The notes below the pieces were generated by a model. The model worked only from the letters and a program-made list of their open reading frames with translations. It was not told the DNA's origin and did not search any database. The position numbers and the translations under genes are program-made. 64,000 nt of DNA from Eledone cirrhosa (taxonomy: Eukaryota). Where the stretch lies: positions 318,432,001-318,496,000 of the forward strand of contig OZ024741.1 in assembly GCA_964016885.1 (NCBI GenBank). The letters are read 5' to 3'. Positions 40,864 to 54,888 of this stretch are shown here, one piece after another; positions within the stretch are counted from its first letter, which is position 1; each line of letters opens with the position of its first letter.

Positions 40864-41022
40864 AACCTATATATGGTTACTTGAGTGTAATTTCATATCA
40901 TATTTTTGCGGTTGGGACATACAGCTATTGACGTATGGAGGGTAAGTATCTGTATCAGCTCAAACTATGAAACTACTAATTACATGAAATCCAACTGAAA
41001 CCGTGTTATATATATATATATA

Positions 41023-41234
41023 TAACGAAGGAAATGTGGTAAGGAACCAGGTGGACCATAACGCACCAAAGTACTCAATACTTAGGGTAGTAGAGTGGGT
41101 AATAGGAACGAATAGGGCCCCGACGGCTGAGCTCAAGCCGTTTCGACGGCTAATTCTGAACTAAATTAAAATGTAGTCCAGAATTAGCCGTCGAAACGGC
41201 TTGAGCTCAGCCGTCTCGATCCTACTCGTTCCTA
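41023..41234 (-). mobile_element. Penelope-like fold-back element, family B
   Basis: 80 nt tail, arms 41103-41234; minus strand reads GTC-GAAA-CGGCT-TGAGCTC-AGCCG-TC-GGGG. Confidence 0.75.
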
Positions 41235-41238
41235 TATA

Positions 41239-41275
<37 letters not shown>

Positions 41276-41278
<3 letters not shown>

Positions 41279-41450
41279 GTGATTCAGTAGATTTGTGGTT
41301 TACTGAGGAAAGTACCAATATTAGCATTCTATGCTATAGCAGAGTGTATACACTAAGAACAAAACGAGGTTTCACATTAAGGTTTTTATTGATTAGCTAA
41401 GCCTAATCAATAAAAACCTCCATGTGAAACCTCGTTTTGATCTTCCTTAC
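41276..41450 (-). mobile_element. Fold-back plus tail element in (TA)n, further family
   Basis: Arms AAAACGAGGTTTCACAT..GGTTTTTATTGATTAG / CTAATCAATAAAAACC..ATGTGAAACCTCGTTTT, ~80 nt one-sided tail. Confidence 0.6.
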
Positions 41451-41638
41451 ATATATATATATATAGCATTTTATATATTTCTAAAATGGGCACAGAAGGA
41501 ACATTATATGTACATATACAAATACATGGAAAGCGATGTTTCCAGTGAAGTACAAAAAATATCTGGAAAAATATACACCCGAAAACCAAAACACATGTCA
41601 CAAAATACATAATTAAAATCAAAACCGAACCATTTTAA

Positions 41639-41911
41639 CCCTTTTGTTACCATATTTCTAATGAAATACGCGGCCTATGAGTTTCAATTAATTTCGGAAA
41701 TACAATAATTAAACATTTGAGGGTAATTTAATAAAATAATCGAAATTTTTATTATTAAGCTGGTAATTAGAGTATTACTTGAAAATATTTTTTAAATATA
41801 AAAATATGCTGGCAGATTTTTTTTATATATGTTTGATCACCTTAAAAAGAACAGTTTTGTAACATAAAACCAGAGTGTGGTTTCAGTTCAGCCGAGTTGG
41901 TATCAAAAGGG
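41639..41911 (+). mobile_element. piggyBac-type MITE
   Basis: TTAA|CCCTTTTG...CAAAAGGG|TTAA: terminal inverted repeats with TTAA duplication. Confidence 0.8.
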
Positions 41912-41914
41912 TTA

Positions 41915-42049
41915 ATATATATATACATATATATACGTACCTATATATATATATATATATACTTATATATATGTATAATATATATAATATATATATATAT
42001 ACTTATATATATATAATATATAATATATATAATATATATATATATACTT

Positions 42050-42083
<34 letters not shown>

Positions 42084-42187
42084 ATATATATATATATAAT
42101 ATATATAATATATATATATATATAATATATATAATATATATATATATATAATATATATATATATATATAATATATATATATATATAC

Positions 42188-42221
<34 letters not shown>

Positions 42222-42245
42222 GTATATATATATATATATACACAC

Positions 42246-42277
<32 letters not shown>

Positions 42278-42362
42278 GTATATATATTATATATATATAT
42301 ATTATATATATATATATATATACGTATATATATATATATATATATATACGTATGTATGTATA
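41915..42362. repeat. (TA)n-rich tract
   Basis: Direct reading. Confidence 0.95.
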
Positions 42363-42388
42363 CTTCTGTTTCTTGGCTTCATATTTAC

Positions 42389-44224
42389 CTGTAATTCTTC
42401 TCTGTAGCTCCGAGACGAAATGACAAGAACCCAAACGACCTGTCACGTCTGTTATTAAAGTTTACAGGTGGATCCATCACTCTCGTTCGTCGTAGAGACT
42501 TTCGGGAGGACGAGGACATTGCTTTGCTATCGTCGTCAGCACTTAGCCACCAGTTATCGTTGCAAAATCCGTTCGAATTATTTTTGTTATTATTATTGTT
42601 ATTATTATTGGCAGTGGCTGTGGCGGCGGTGGTGGTGTTGCTGCTACCGTTGTTTATTCGGCGTCCACTGTTCGATAAGGCAGTGAACTCGTCATCACCG
42701 ATTAGTATTTGACAGTTTGTTTTGAGTAGGTCTCCGGCGGAAAGTGTAGTTGTAGTAGCAGTTGTAGTAGCAACGGCAGCAGTTGTAGTATTATTAGTAC
42801 TAAAAGTAGTATAGGTAGCAGTGTTAAATGTGTTGGAGTCAACGTTATTGTAGGACCTTAAGCATGGTTGCTGTTGCGGTGGTAGTAAAGGTTGTAAACA
42901 TTGACGATGAGATGGACAACAATAAGCACAGGGATACTGTTGTTGTTGTTGTTGTTGTTGTTGTGGATAGGAGGAGAAGGAGAAGGGGGGACGCTGAGGA
43001 AGAGGAGGAGGTGGGTAGGGTGGAGGCGGAGGATGTGTGTATATGTTGGAATAATTTTGATAATTCGGTGCAGTCAGGGGTGCCTGTGAACGTTGTTGGG
43101 GAGCTGGACTAACACGTTGTTTATTATGGGTTCTGCCAGTGTGGTGGTCTGCTTTGGAACCTGTTTGGGACAAAACAGTATTTGGTGTAGTTCGGTAAGA
43201 ATCCCTGTATCGATCGGACGTTGAAGTTGTGGTATTCCATGTGTAACTTCTGCTCTGGCTCTTCTTGTCAACCTCAATTATATTATTTCTGCTATGACTG
43301 TCAAACTTCTCACTGGAACTGTATGCTACTGTAGTCGGTAAGACGTGAATGGAACCGATGTTGTTGCTGTTGTTAGGGTGGTGGGAAACCGGGTATGTTG
43401 GTTTGTTGTTGCTATAGCGCACATCACCTTGCTTGGTTGTGAAGGGAGTTTTACTGGAACATGGTTGAATAGTTTCCTGTTGTTTCAGTTTGTTGTCATC
43501 GAAAGCTTTTTTAGTTCGCCTGGCTGATGTAGCAGCGGCTAAGGTGGTGGTTGCTAACGCTGTTGCAGCTAAAACTGTCACAGCTCTTGATGATGATGTT
43601 GTTGTTGTTGTTGTCGTCGTTCCAGCTGTTGAAACAAGAGACGTTACTTGACTTACAACTGTTGGAGATGTAAGCTCCGTCTGGGACGCAGCCTCTGTAT
43701 ACTTCACTGCCTTTCTCACAGTTTTCTTCGACCAATCCGAATATTTTGAATCCGTCACGCTCAAGCGATTGCTGCTAGGAGTGTAATTGTTGTCCTGGTA
43801 GTTCAAGTCCCTGCGCTCACTGCTGCTACTAATATAATACGGGTAGATCGGTATAGTTTCCAGGCCGTCTGCAGTGAAAACTGTACAAACTAACGGGGAG
43901 TTATTTCGCTCCGCCTTCTTTCGACTATCTAATTGATTATTCTTCTTAGTTTTCCTTAACTCTGGGGATGTATAGCTACGGTTTCGAATCTCACCCGTTT
44001 CTTCTTGAGGGAAACTTAAATTCTGGCCACTGTCAAATTTACATGACTGTTCCATTGTATCGACACCTGCAGTCGATGTGATTGATCTTCCTGTTTGCTG
44101 CCTCTCCCCTGGGTATATATTCGCATGGTCGCCTTCATTGTTATTGATGTTAGATTTTCTGTTGTTAATACTACTACTACTACTACTATCATTTCCTTGT
44201 TGTTGTAGCTGTTGTTGTTGTAGC

Positions 44225-44259
<35 letters not shown>

Positions 44260-47200
44260 CCCTGTTTTAGCAGACGCCTGCCCCTTGATACAACTATATG
44301 TTAACTCCCTGTTTGTAGGTGCTATTGCTTGGAGACGATATACAGATTTCTGATGCTGCAGAAGCAGTTGTTGTTGTTGTTGTTGTAGCTGTTCCTGTTG
44401 TTTCTTTATCGTCTGCTGGTAACCTCCCCTGATCGTCTGCTGGGTAGTGACATTATTAACAACTGGTGAGTGTAATTCTGTTCCCGTTGCTGAACTTTGT
44501 TGCCCATATTGTTTTTCAGTTGCATCTCTATTATCATTCCCTTCTAGCCTTTTGTTTTCCCTTCTCTCCGTGCCTCGTGCTGGTTTCGTTGCAGTTGCAA
44601 CAGTGTCTGCTGCTTGCACGCAGCTTCCATCGCCAGCGACGACATCAATAACTCCATGCAAGTCAACCGTACTACTGTCAACAATGCACACATCGCTGCC
44701 GCCGCTGCCACTACCGCCACCGCCGTCGCTAGAAGCGTGAAGGAAAGCCGCTTTGCAGAGGCTGTCGTCACCAGATTGTGATATGTGTGTAGTTAGTTTA
44801 TATGTCCTATCGACTGGTTGTTGGCAGCTAGTGTTGCTGCTGATGTTGTCGTTGAAATAATAATGGCATTTCCCAGCGCCGGTGCCGGCACTTCTGCTAC
44901 TAGTAGAGACATTAATGGTACTAGTAGAAGAACCTTTGCTATTCAGGTTAATACCTCCTACACTTGTACGGCTGCTACAATTAACAGTTGACACTACTCG
45001 ATTCGTAAGTGGAGATACCTGATCTTTTGCATAGCTATTGTCAGCCACAGATATTGTAGTATCATTAGAAATAGTAGACGTATTTGTAATGGATTTTTTA
45101 ATGTTATTTTCAGAAAGAGGCAATAAATTCTTAGGGGCAGAAGAAACTGTTGTATTAGTCATCAATAATGACTCTTTATAAGCAATATCTTTATTAAGTA
45201 AACTAGTATCCGTGGTTATTGCACTGGTGTTAACTGGTAAATCCATTGATGAATGTCGTTCCTTTGTTTCATCGGTTTTAGTTTGTTGGGGGAAAATACT
45301 TGTGTACTTGTCTCCACTTCTAGAAACACTAGCACCAATACTAATTGATTTCTTTAAATCTACTCGTTTACTTCTATAAAACCCTTCTGTTGACGACGAT
45401 CTTTGGGTAAGGATAGGTATCCGAGATGGTTTGGAGCTTTGTTGAATAAACCTATTGCTTTGTTGATCCTGCTGCATTGCAGGATTTTCTTGATTTTCGA
45501 ACCCTTTGTCATCAGTTTCGTCACTTCGATATTTTTTCATTTGAGACCTTTTTTGAGATCCAACTGTTTCCGCGTGGAAATCTAATTTTTCATTTTCTTT
45601 CTCACCACTGTCCTTTTTTCTGTTAATCATTGCTGTAACGCCTTGAAATGTTGGTATTAATGATTGTAAGGGTGTCACATTTAGTGGGATCAACGAAGAC
45701 TCAGTTGAGCTTGATAGTTTCTTATAATTTGAATCAGGCTTTTGTTCTCTCATTGTCGAAGTCAATGTTTGACTTGACTGAGTTACAGGAGGTACTGTAT
45801 CCGGCTTATTTGGTTTGGAGTCTTCTTGGATGTATGCTAGTGTAAATGATGGAGAAGACACTCGCTGATTTGGCAATGAATATGATTTAGTGAAGACTGG
45901 GGTTCTAATTGATGTATCATTAGAAACGCCTAAATTATGAAATTGGCCCGCATCTGTAGAAGATCTAATAGGAGGGGGTGTTTTTAGGTGCTTCAGTTTG
46001 GGCAACGAAAGCTCGGAGGTCATACCTTTAGTCGCATCTAGTCGTTGTTTGGGCAAAAAAAGCTCAGAGGTCACATCTTTGGTCGCTTCTGGTCGTTGTT
46101 TGGGTATCAAAAGATCAGAAGTCAGATGTTTTGTCGTTTCTGGTCGTTGTTTCGGTAACAAAAGGTCAGAGGTCCTTTCTTTGCTCGTTCCTGGTCGTTG
46201 TTCCTGTCGAGACTTTCTTTGATATTCCAGATCCTGTGTTTTGTACCGTGAGCCTTCGATACTGTCTGTTTGTTCACCGCCATGAAACGGCAGTCTTAAT
46301 GAGTGTGGCGGAATTGTCGGCTCTATATTAAAATTAATATCTCTGCAGCCATGTTCTTCTTGGTAACGTCCCCTTTGTATATCATATGGAGCGTATAAAG
46401 AGACGTCTTCGAAATCCGAACATCTACCATCATCCCAACTTTCTGATCTGTCCACCTTTTCTCTTGTATCTAATGACGTCACATCCGGAAGCTCTATTGC
46501 TTGTATAGCTGATATCATTTCTGTTACAGATCGTATGGCAGTGTTTCTAATATCTTGATCTATGCTATCCTTCGTTTTTTTACGAGAACTCCTTTCTGGG
46601 TTTGTTGCCGAACTGTCATCTGTGTCTGTGCTATTACCGCTGTTGGATCCTTCACTCTTGCTACGTTTTGGTTTCCTTCTTTTAAAATGCCAACTATTTT
46701 CGTTTTCCTCTTTTTTCTTCTTATTAGATTTTTTCTTTTTCTCGTCCTTCTGACTCGACCGGGTTGCTCCAAGCCCCAAACCCAGTAAACTAAGATTGAA
46801 ACTACTACTCAGTCGATTAAAAGCGCCCTTCTGTTGCCGACTCGAAGATTGTTCAATGCCATCACTTTCATCACTGGCCTCATTGCTGCTTCCCAAATGT
46901 CCAATATAACGGTTGGTTTTTTTACGTCTCCCTGAGCCAGGCATGCAACCACTGCCAGATTTCTTTTTACCGTCCTCATCATCATCCTCATCCTCATCAC
47001 GATTAACATCAACATCATCATCAACAACAACACGATTATTATCTGTACTAAAGCTTCTGCGTACTTTTTCCTTCTCCTTTTCTTTTTCCTTTCGAGTATT
47101 ACTTCGTTCAAGACTGCCTCCCTTTAATTTACTTTTATCATACTTGAAGGCTCCTCTTCTAGTCAGAACACTCTTCTGCTGGTCCTCCTCTAGACTACTG

Positions 47201-47934
47201 CTTTTATTTAAAATTCCCTTTTTACTTTCAGACTCGCCTTTATACTGAGTTCGTCCGCGAGTTTCATTTTCTATCATATATTCCGGCTCCTGATCAGCTG
47301 AGTACCAACGTTTGGCTTTTTGCTTAAATTTCGATTTAGCATCTTCTTTGTTCATTTTCTGGGCCTTTCTCTCCAATTCTTTGAAATGTTTCGCAGCTTT
47401 TAGACTGTAACCGATACCACCATTTTCGAGAGGACGGTACAAACTCAAGCTAGTAGGTTTCGCTATGGGTTTCTGGGTAGTAGCTATTTTGGTCACAACA
47501 GAATCATTAGCACCTCCAGACAATGAAGCTGATACTGAAGGTAAATGTGGTTGATTTATTACGTTTGAAATAGAAGGTAACGACGTTGTTGTTAATGTGT
47601 TGGTGTTCGTACTAACTGGCGAAACTACAGTAACAGACTGTCTTGACGTTGCTGGCGACAAACTACTATTACTAACACTAGTAGTAGTGGTGGTGGTGGT
47701 GGTGGTGGTAATTTTTGTAGTCGTCGCTATTGATGACGATGGTTCTAATGATGATGATAATGATGGTGGTAGTGGTGGTGGTAGCGAGTCTTTTGGTGAT
47801 GGTGTTGCAAAAGGTGGTGGGCTTACCACTACACGTGGCGAGGTGTTGTAAGATGGAGGGATTGGAAAAGTTAAAGTAGCTGGTGTTGGTGGTCTATTTG
47901 GGGTTTTCTTACGGTGTGGGTGTGGATCGGCCAT
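42389..47934 (-). CDS. Very large coding exon of an unidentified, largely disordered S/T/Q/P/N-rich protein (>=1848 aa; probably continues in downstream exons)
   Basis: 5.5 kb open frame with only in-frame triplet repeats in a dinucleotide-rich genome. Start context GAAAATGG. The apparent stop lies within a donor, TACAG|GTAAAT (phase 2). Confidence 0.8.
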
Positions 47935-48090
47935 TTTCCCTTCAATATTAAACCAAAATATTCTCTACAAAGCAATATCCAATATCTCAATAGATCCTTT
48001 TTTTAGTTTCCACAGTAACAGTAAGGGGAACTATTGGACCACTGGCCAGAAACAAAACTAAACTTATTTACTATGAAAGTAGTGAAGCAT

Positions 48091-48125
<35 letters not shown>

Positions 48126-48169
48126 GCTTTATGTTACTGTTGGTTAACCAACTCGATCACTCGATGCGT

Positions 48170-48345
<176 letters not shown>

Positions 48346-48382
48346 GTGTGTGCGTGTGTCTGTGCGTGTGTGTGAGAGAGAG

Positions 48383-48465
48383 AATCAGTTCCACAACAAA
48401 TTAGCAAACCATGCTTGAGAATACGCGTTTCACCTGAAGGACTCTTCAACTCGTGTATGGTTATA

Positions 48466-48470
<5 letters not shown>
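48383..48470 (-). mobile_element. Diverged family A arm with degenerate hammerhead
   Basis: Minus strand GAG-TTGAAGA-GTCCTTCAGGT-GAAAC-GCGT-ATT-CTC; GTTCCACAAC..TTAG shared with family A. Confidence 0.55.
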
Positions 48471-48514
<44 letters not shown>

Positions 48515-48819
48515 TATAGGTTTCACCAATGTGTACTAGTGCTCAGTGGAGTTCGCTAATGTTCACTAATGTTTGCTGATGTTTACTCATGTTTAATAGT
48601 GTTCACTGGTGTTTCCTAATGTTTCCCTATCTTTGCTAACGTTTACCAGTGTTCACCAGTGTTAACTAATGTTCGCATCCATACCTACACTGGAATAACA
48701 TTAGTGCCTCTAGAATCAATCAAACTAACAAATAAAGTACCAGTAATGGACTGGGTAATTGCTGGCCTTGTGCCAAAAGTAGAAACAATTATTTGTTTAA
48801 CAAGAATGTTTTGATAGAG

Positions 48820-49175
48820 ATGTCGTTGGTGTAATAGTTATTGATGTTATAGTTGTTGGTGTAGTAGTAGTTGTTCTCATTGTTGTTGTAGCTGCTGTTC
48901 TTGGAGTTGTTATAGTTGTAATAGTTGTTGTTGTTGTTATAGTTGTTGCTGTAGTAGTTATTGTTGTTATAGCTGCTGTTGTAGTTGTAATAGTTGTTGT
49001 AGTAGTTGTAGTTGTTGTAGTAGTTATTATTATTATGGTTTTGTAGTAATTGTTGTTGTTGTCGCTGTTGTTATGGAGCTATAGTTGTGGTTATTGTGGT
49101 GGTGTTGTAGTTGTTGTAGTGGTAGATGTTGTTGTTATGATGATATAGTTGTCGTTATTGTTGTTATTGTAGTTT
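48820..49175. repeat. (TTG/TAG)n trinucleotide tract
   Basis: Direct reading. Confidence 0.9.
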
Positions 49176-49525
49176 TTTACCTCCCCTTGTCAACTCTTTT
49201 GAATCAGACATACCTGACAAAACCATGTCAGCTGTGATCATACTGAAATTATTTAGGGACTATCTAGGACTACGTTATCTGGTGTGTTTTCCCCCTTTTT
49301 TCTTAATAAAGCAGGGCTATATCCAGCCAGCCATGCAACCGTGCAGATGCCCCACGATTCGGCTCGTTTGGGATATGTGGTGTTTTAGTTTTGGTTATTG
49401 TTATTTGTATACAGTTTAATTTTGAAATGTGTGTGTTTTCATTGTTGCTAATAACCATAATTGAAAGTAAATCTTAATAGCGTGTATTATAGTAGTAGTA
49501 GTAGTAGTAGTATTATTATTATTAT

Positions 49526-49560
<35 letters not shown>

Positions 49561-49603
49561 ACAGCAGCAACAGCAGCAGCAGTAGTAGTAGTAGTAGTAA
49601 TAA

Positions 49604-49634
<31 letters not shown>

Positions 49635-51254
49635 TGGTGATGTTGTTTATTGTAGCCTTTTTGTCAATATGTGTGCAAGAAATTAAAAAAAAAAGACATG
49701 TAAACAATAGTTTCCATCGAGTCCTTGAACTTATATAATTTCAAAAATCATACAATAATAACAATAATGATAATAAAAAACAACTTCTTAAAAGTTAATA
49801 GAGTATGTGCGTGTATGGGTATGTGTATGTAAGCATGTGTGAGTGTATTAACCCATGACCAGACCCTTATGTTTTCATGTATTTCGGGGGCCCTAAGTCA
49901 CTTCAAACTTTCACCTACCCTGCAGCTGAAAAAATTGACGGACCTTATGAATAAAACGGCCTTAGCTATTGGGGCCCCTCTGGCATTCTAATCTTTCACA
50001 CACCCTGCAAATGAAAAGAAATTGATGGACTTTCTGAATAAAATGGTCCTGGCTATCAGATGTCAATTTAGATTAATAAACAGGAGTAATTGTGATAATG
50101 TTTGGATATGTAGGTATAGTGATAAAGAATACTATAAACATACTGTGTAAAAGTTGAATTTAATTAAATCTTACTGATTTACATCCGTCCAATCCGACTG
50201 ATTCCATTTTGTATAACAATGATCTTATTCTGTATAGTGTTTCCTCGTTTGTTTGTTTGATGTTTGTTTTTTGTTTTGATTTTTTTTGTTTTGGTATTTT
50301 TGTTGTTGATTTTTTTCTTTTTTTTACGCTGGAATGCAGAAAAGTTACAAGTATAAAGTCCATAGAAAGCAGTTAAAATATGAATGAATGTTTGAGCTGA
50401 CACAAGTAGCTAGAGTACATACATTACAACTAACTTGATGAATTAAAACTAATTTCTTTCTTGGGTAACTTCTCCAGGATTTTTTTTTTTTTTCAGTGAT
50501 ATGTACTTAGAATAAGTTATCTTAAATGATAGTTGTTATAAAGGGAAATCCACATACGAGGAGCTACGTTCACACACAGGCATCAAATAAACCTAGGGAT
50601 GTTGTAAGATATATATACATACATATATATATATATATATATGGTTATGTATGATTATATATGTAGGAGAAATAGTTACGTAGGAGCAGAAAATGACTGT
50701 CTCGCAACATTCTCTCCATGTCTTGATAAACACACTGACAGATAGATAAATCGATAGACGACGTTTGAATGTAAATCTAGAAACGTTGTAAAAGAAAAAT
50801 ATGATTGAGATATTGTTAAAAAAGCATTTATGGTTATGAAAAGAAGTTTTGAAAAGCTGTAGAAGTGTTATATGAATGAGAGAAAGAGAGAAAAGTGAAA
50901 GATTAAGAGGGGAGAATGGTATTGATTGGGTGGAGGAAGTAAATATATAATTAAATGGAATACTAGATTGGGTGTGTGTTTGAAACTGGTGGGATGTAAG
51001 TAGATAGAAAGTCGGCGAAAAGAAGAATATAAGTTAAAGTGTCAAAGATATGAGAAGTATTGTGTGAACTTCCTGTAGTGAAAATTCTATAGAAAAATAT
51101 CTATCTAAATAAGAACGAGTAAAATGGCTGCTTTGCGGAAACATTTTAGATTTTAAAAATTATTTTTTTAATCTTATAGATGAAGTAATACAAAAAGAAA
51201 GAAAGAGAAAAGGATCAGCCTAAGAAAGCTGTGGAGAGAAGTGAAGTAGTTGTT

Positions 51255-51672
51255 TATGAGATGTGGGAAAGACTACACCATGTGCTGTGGGAAAGACTAC
51301 AGCATGTGTTATGGGAAAAGCTACAGTATGTGTTGTGGGACAAACTACTGCATTTGCTGAAACATTATGATAAACATTGTGGGGAAAGACTACATCATGT
51401 GTTGCGGGAAAGACTACAACATGTGTTGTGGAAAAGGCTACAGCACGTGTTGTGAGGAAGACTACGGTATTTTCTGTGGGAAAGACTACGGAATGTGTTG
51501 TCTGAAAGAATATGATATATATTGTGGGAAAGACTACATCATGTGTTGTGGGAAAGACTACGGTATTTTCTGTGGGAAAGACTACGGAATGTGCTGTCTG
51601 AAAGAATATGATATATAGTGTGGGAAAGACTATATTATGTGTTGTGGGAAAGACTACGGTGTTTATTGTGAG
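51255..51672. repeat. ~24 bp minisatellite (TGTGGGAAAGACTACATCATGTGT) with higher-order structure
   Basis: Direct reading. Confidence 0.9.
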
Positions 51673-51802
51673 AAACATTGCAGTATATATTTAAAATAGA
51701 CGAAGATTAATTTGAATATTTGTGCTAAAATGAATAGATGACATATATGAAGAAGTACGTGGAGGGCGAAAGGATGAGTAAATATGGAAGAAGAGGGATC
51801 TC

Positions 51803-52280
51803 TAACCCTTTCGTTACCATATTTCTAATTTAAGACATTGCCTATGATTTTCAAATAATTGAAAACAAAAGATTTGAATGGATTTACTAATATAACTAAC
51901 TTTCTCATTATTAAGTTGATGTTTGGAGCATCACGTACCAAAAGTTCTTACATAAATTTATGATGGAAGGTTTTAGATAAATATAAACACTTTAAAATTG
52001 ACAGCTTTGTCTCGTAGAACCAGGGGTGGTTTTAAGCAGTTTGGTATCAAAAGGATTTTACCTTTTTGTTATCATATTTCTAATAAATGATTCTGCCTGC
52101 ATTTTTCAGATTATTTGAAAAACTATCAAGAAGTTGAGAGGATTTAGTAATATGATTAACTTTCTTATTAAGTTAGAATTTGGAATATAACAAAAGTACT
52201 TACATATATTTATCATGAGATGTTTTTAGATAAATATAAACAGTTGTGGTTTCAGGTGGTTTAATAACAAAAGGATGTAA
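51803..52280 (+). mobile_element. Two tandem piggyBac-type MITE copies
   Basis: CCCTTTCGTTACCATATTTCT...GGTATCAAAAGGA followed directly by CCTTTTTGTTATCATATTTCT...AACAAAAGGA. Confidence 0.7.
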
Positions 52281-52503
52281 TTCTAACCCTAACACTAACC
52301 CTAACCATAACCCTAGCTCTAAGCCTAGCCCCAACTCTTGCCCTAAACATTACCCTAACCATAGTCCTAGCCCTAACATTAGCCCTGACCCTAACTTTAA
52401 CTCTAGCCTCAACCCTAGCTTTAACCCTAGCTATAATTCTAACCCTAAACCTAGTCATTACCTAACTCTAACCCTAACCCTAACACACCCTAGTCTTAAC
52501 CCC
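52281..52503. repeat. Degenerate (CCCTAA)n telomere-like hexamer array
   Basis: CTAACCCTAACACTAACCCTAACC..., 6 bp periodicity. Confidence 0.8.
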
Positions 52504-52559
52504 ATCCAGTAGACAGGTGAAGTCATTAATCAGCGTAGACTACAGATACTTCGGTGGAT

Positions 52560-53100
52560 TCCATTCAGAACATACAACACCAAACAACCGAAAACACAGC
52601 AGATGGCGCCACCTGGTTATCCACTACACCATCATTTTGGTATCCCTCACCAACACCTATGCATCCCCACCACTGCCATTTAGATATCCACTCCACCACG
52701 TAGGTATAGCCCTACCACCAACTAGGTATTCCTTCTTCGACAGCTGGTTATCTATAACACCACCACCACCTGGTAATTAACTACAACCGAACCTTGTTCT
52801 CCACCCCACCACCATCAGGTTATCCACCACACCACCTGGTTATCCACCATACCATCACCTAGTTTGTTCAACTGCAGTAGCAAATAGCCTCAATCATCCC
52901 TAACTCATTGCAACTATCATAATCAGTCGTGGTCCCATGGTTGGATAATGAGCCTTATATCATCATCACCATCATCAACACCGCCACCACCACCACCACC
53001 ACCACCACCATCATCAACGTCATCATCATTATCATCATCATCATCACGACTACGACGACGACCACCACCAGCACCATCACCACCATCATCATCATCATTT
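52560..53100 (+). pseudogene. Decayed Pro/Gly/Tyr-rich (PPPGYP) coding-like relic followed by a (CAC/CAT)n tract
   Basis: ATGGCGCCACCTGGTTATCCA and repeated CCACCTGGTTATCCACCA with frameshifts. Confidence 0.35.
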
Positions 53101-53611
53101 AACTATAGTAGCTGATGACTTCAATCCTCCCTCACACACACACATTGCAGCTTTCATAATTAGTTGTAATCCTTGGGTTGGGCAATTAGCTCTGGTTACC
53201 ACTAGATAAATCTTTAGGTGGAGTTTGAACTGAGAAAGCAAAGAACTGAATCAGATACAGCAAGGTATCTCAACTGACGCCAACTATTCTGTCAATCTAC
53301 CGCCATGGACAGGTATTAATGTATGTATACTACCTGTGAAAGAGTGAAAAGCAGAGTTGACCTCGCCAAGGTTTGAACTCAGCGTATATATCATATTAAT
53401 CGTGATGAGAATTGCTTTCAATAATGTACTAAGTATTAATTAGTAGCAATTAAGAGCATCAAACGCTACCGTCACCTAAGGTGTAAATGTTGATGTAACT
53501 ACTTCAGCTGTTACTACTCCAGATTGGCTAATCGAACAGGAAAAATTGATCTTCACACGATTAATCTATCGATTCAATCACTAATGCCTGCTGTTTGGTC
53601 GGTCACCAGCT

Positions 53612-54340
<729 letters not shown>

Positions 54341-54888
54341 TTTCAGATATTTCTACTCTCGGCTTACGATGGGGGGGGGGGGGGACTGCTATTTTTCTTT
54401 GTTTTTTTTTATTTCGTTTTATAAGCCTTTAGTATTAAATGCAGCTATATAAACCAGACCTGTTAACTCTCCCCGTCGGACGGGGAGATCTCCCACCCAC
54501 TTTGGGGTGGGTGAGAGATGTCTTCTTTTCTGAAAATGGGTATAGCTTTAATCTCCTCATTTTGTCTCATTTCCCCCAGTTTTGGGGATACTATTTTTCT
54601 ATGGTATTTTTCCATGGTACTCCCCGTTTGGGATTTTAGAGGTTGGCCGATCTGATATACGGTGAATCATAATTAGTTTACTGTTAAAGAATGTGGGTAA
54701 AAGAGAAACTATGTGGGTAAAAGAGAAACTATGTGGGTAAAAGAGAAACTTTTGATAGTATATGTCTAACGAAAGGCACTACCCATAATTTTCAAATCAT
54801 TTTGAAACTAATCGAGAATTGGGAGAGATTAAGTAATATAGCTGAATTCCTCATAATTAAGCTAGTGTTTGGAACATAAAAAGGTTCT

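Noticed and set aside
42389-42760. Assigning the large exon to a known gene such as a PDE1-like N-terminus
   Set aside because: Only vague resemblance; no diagnostic motif
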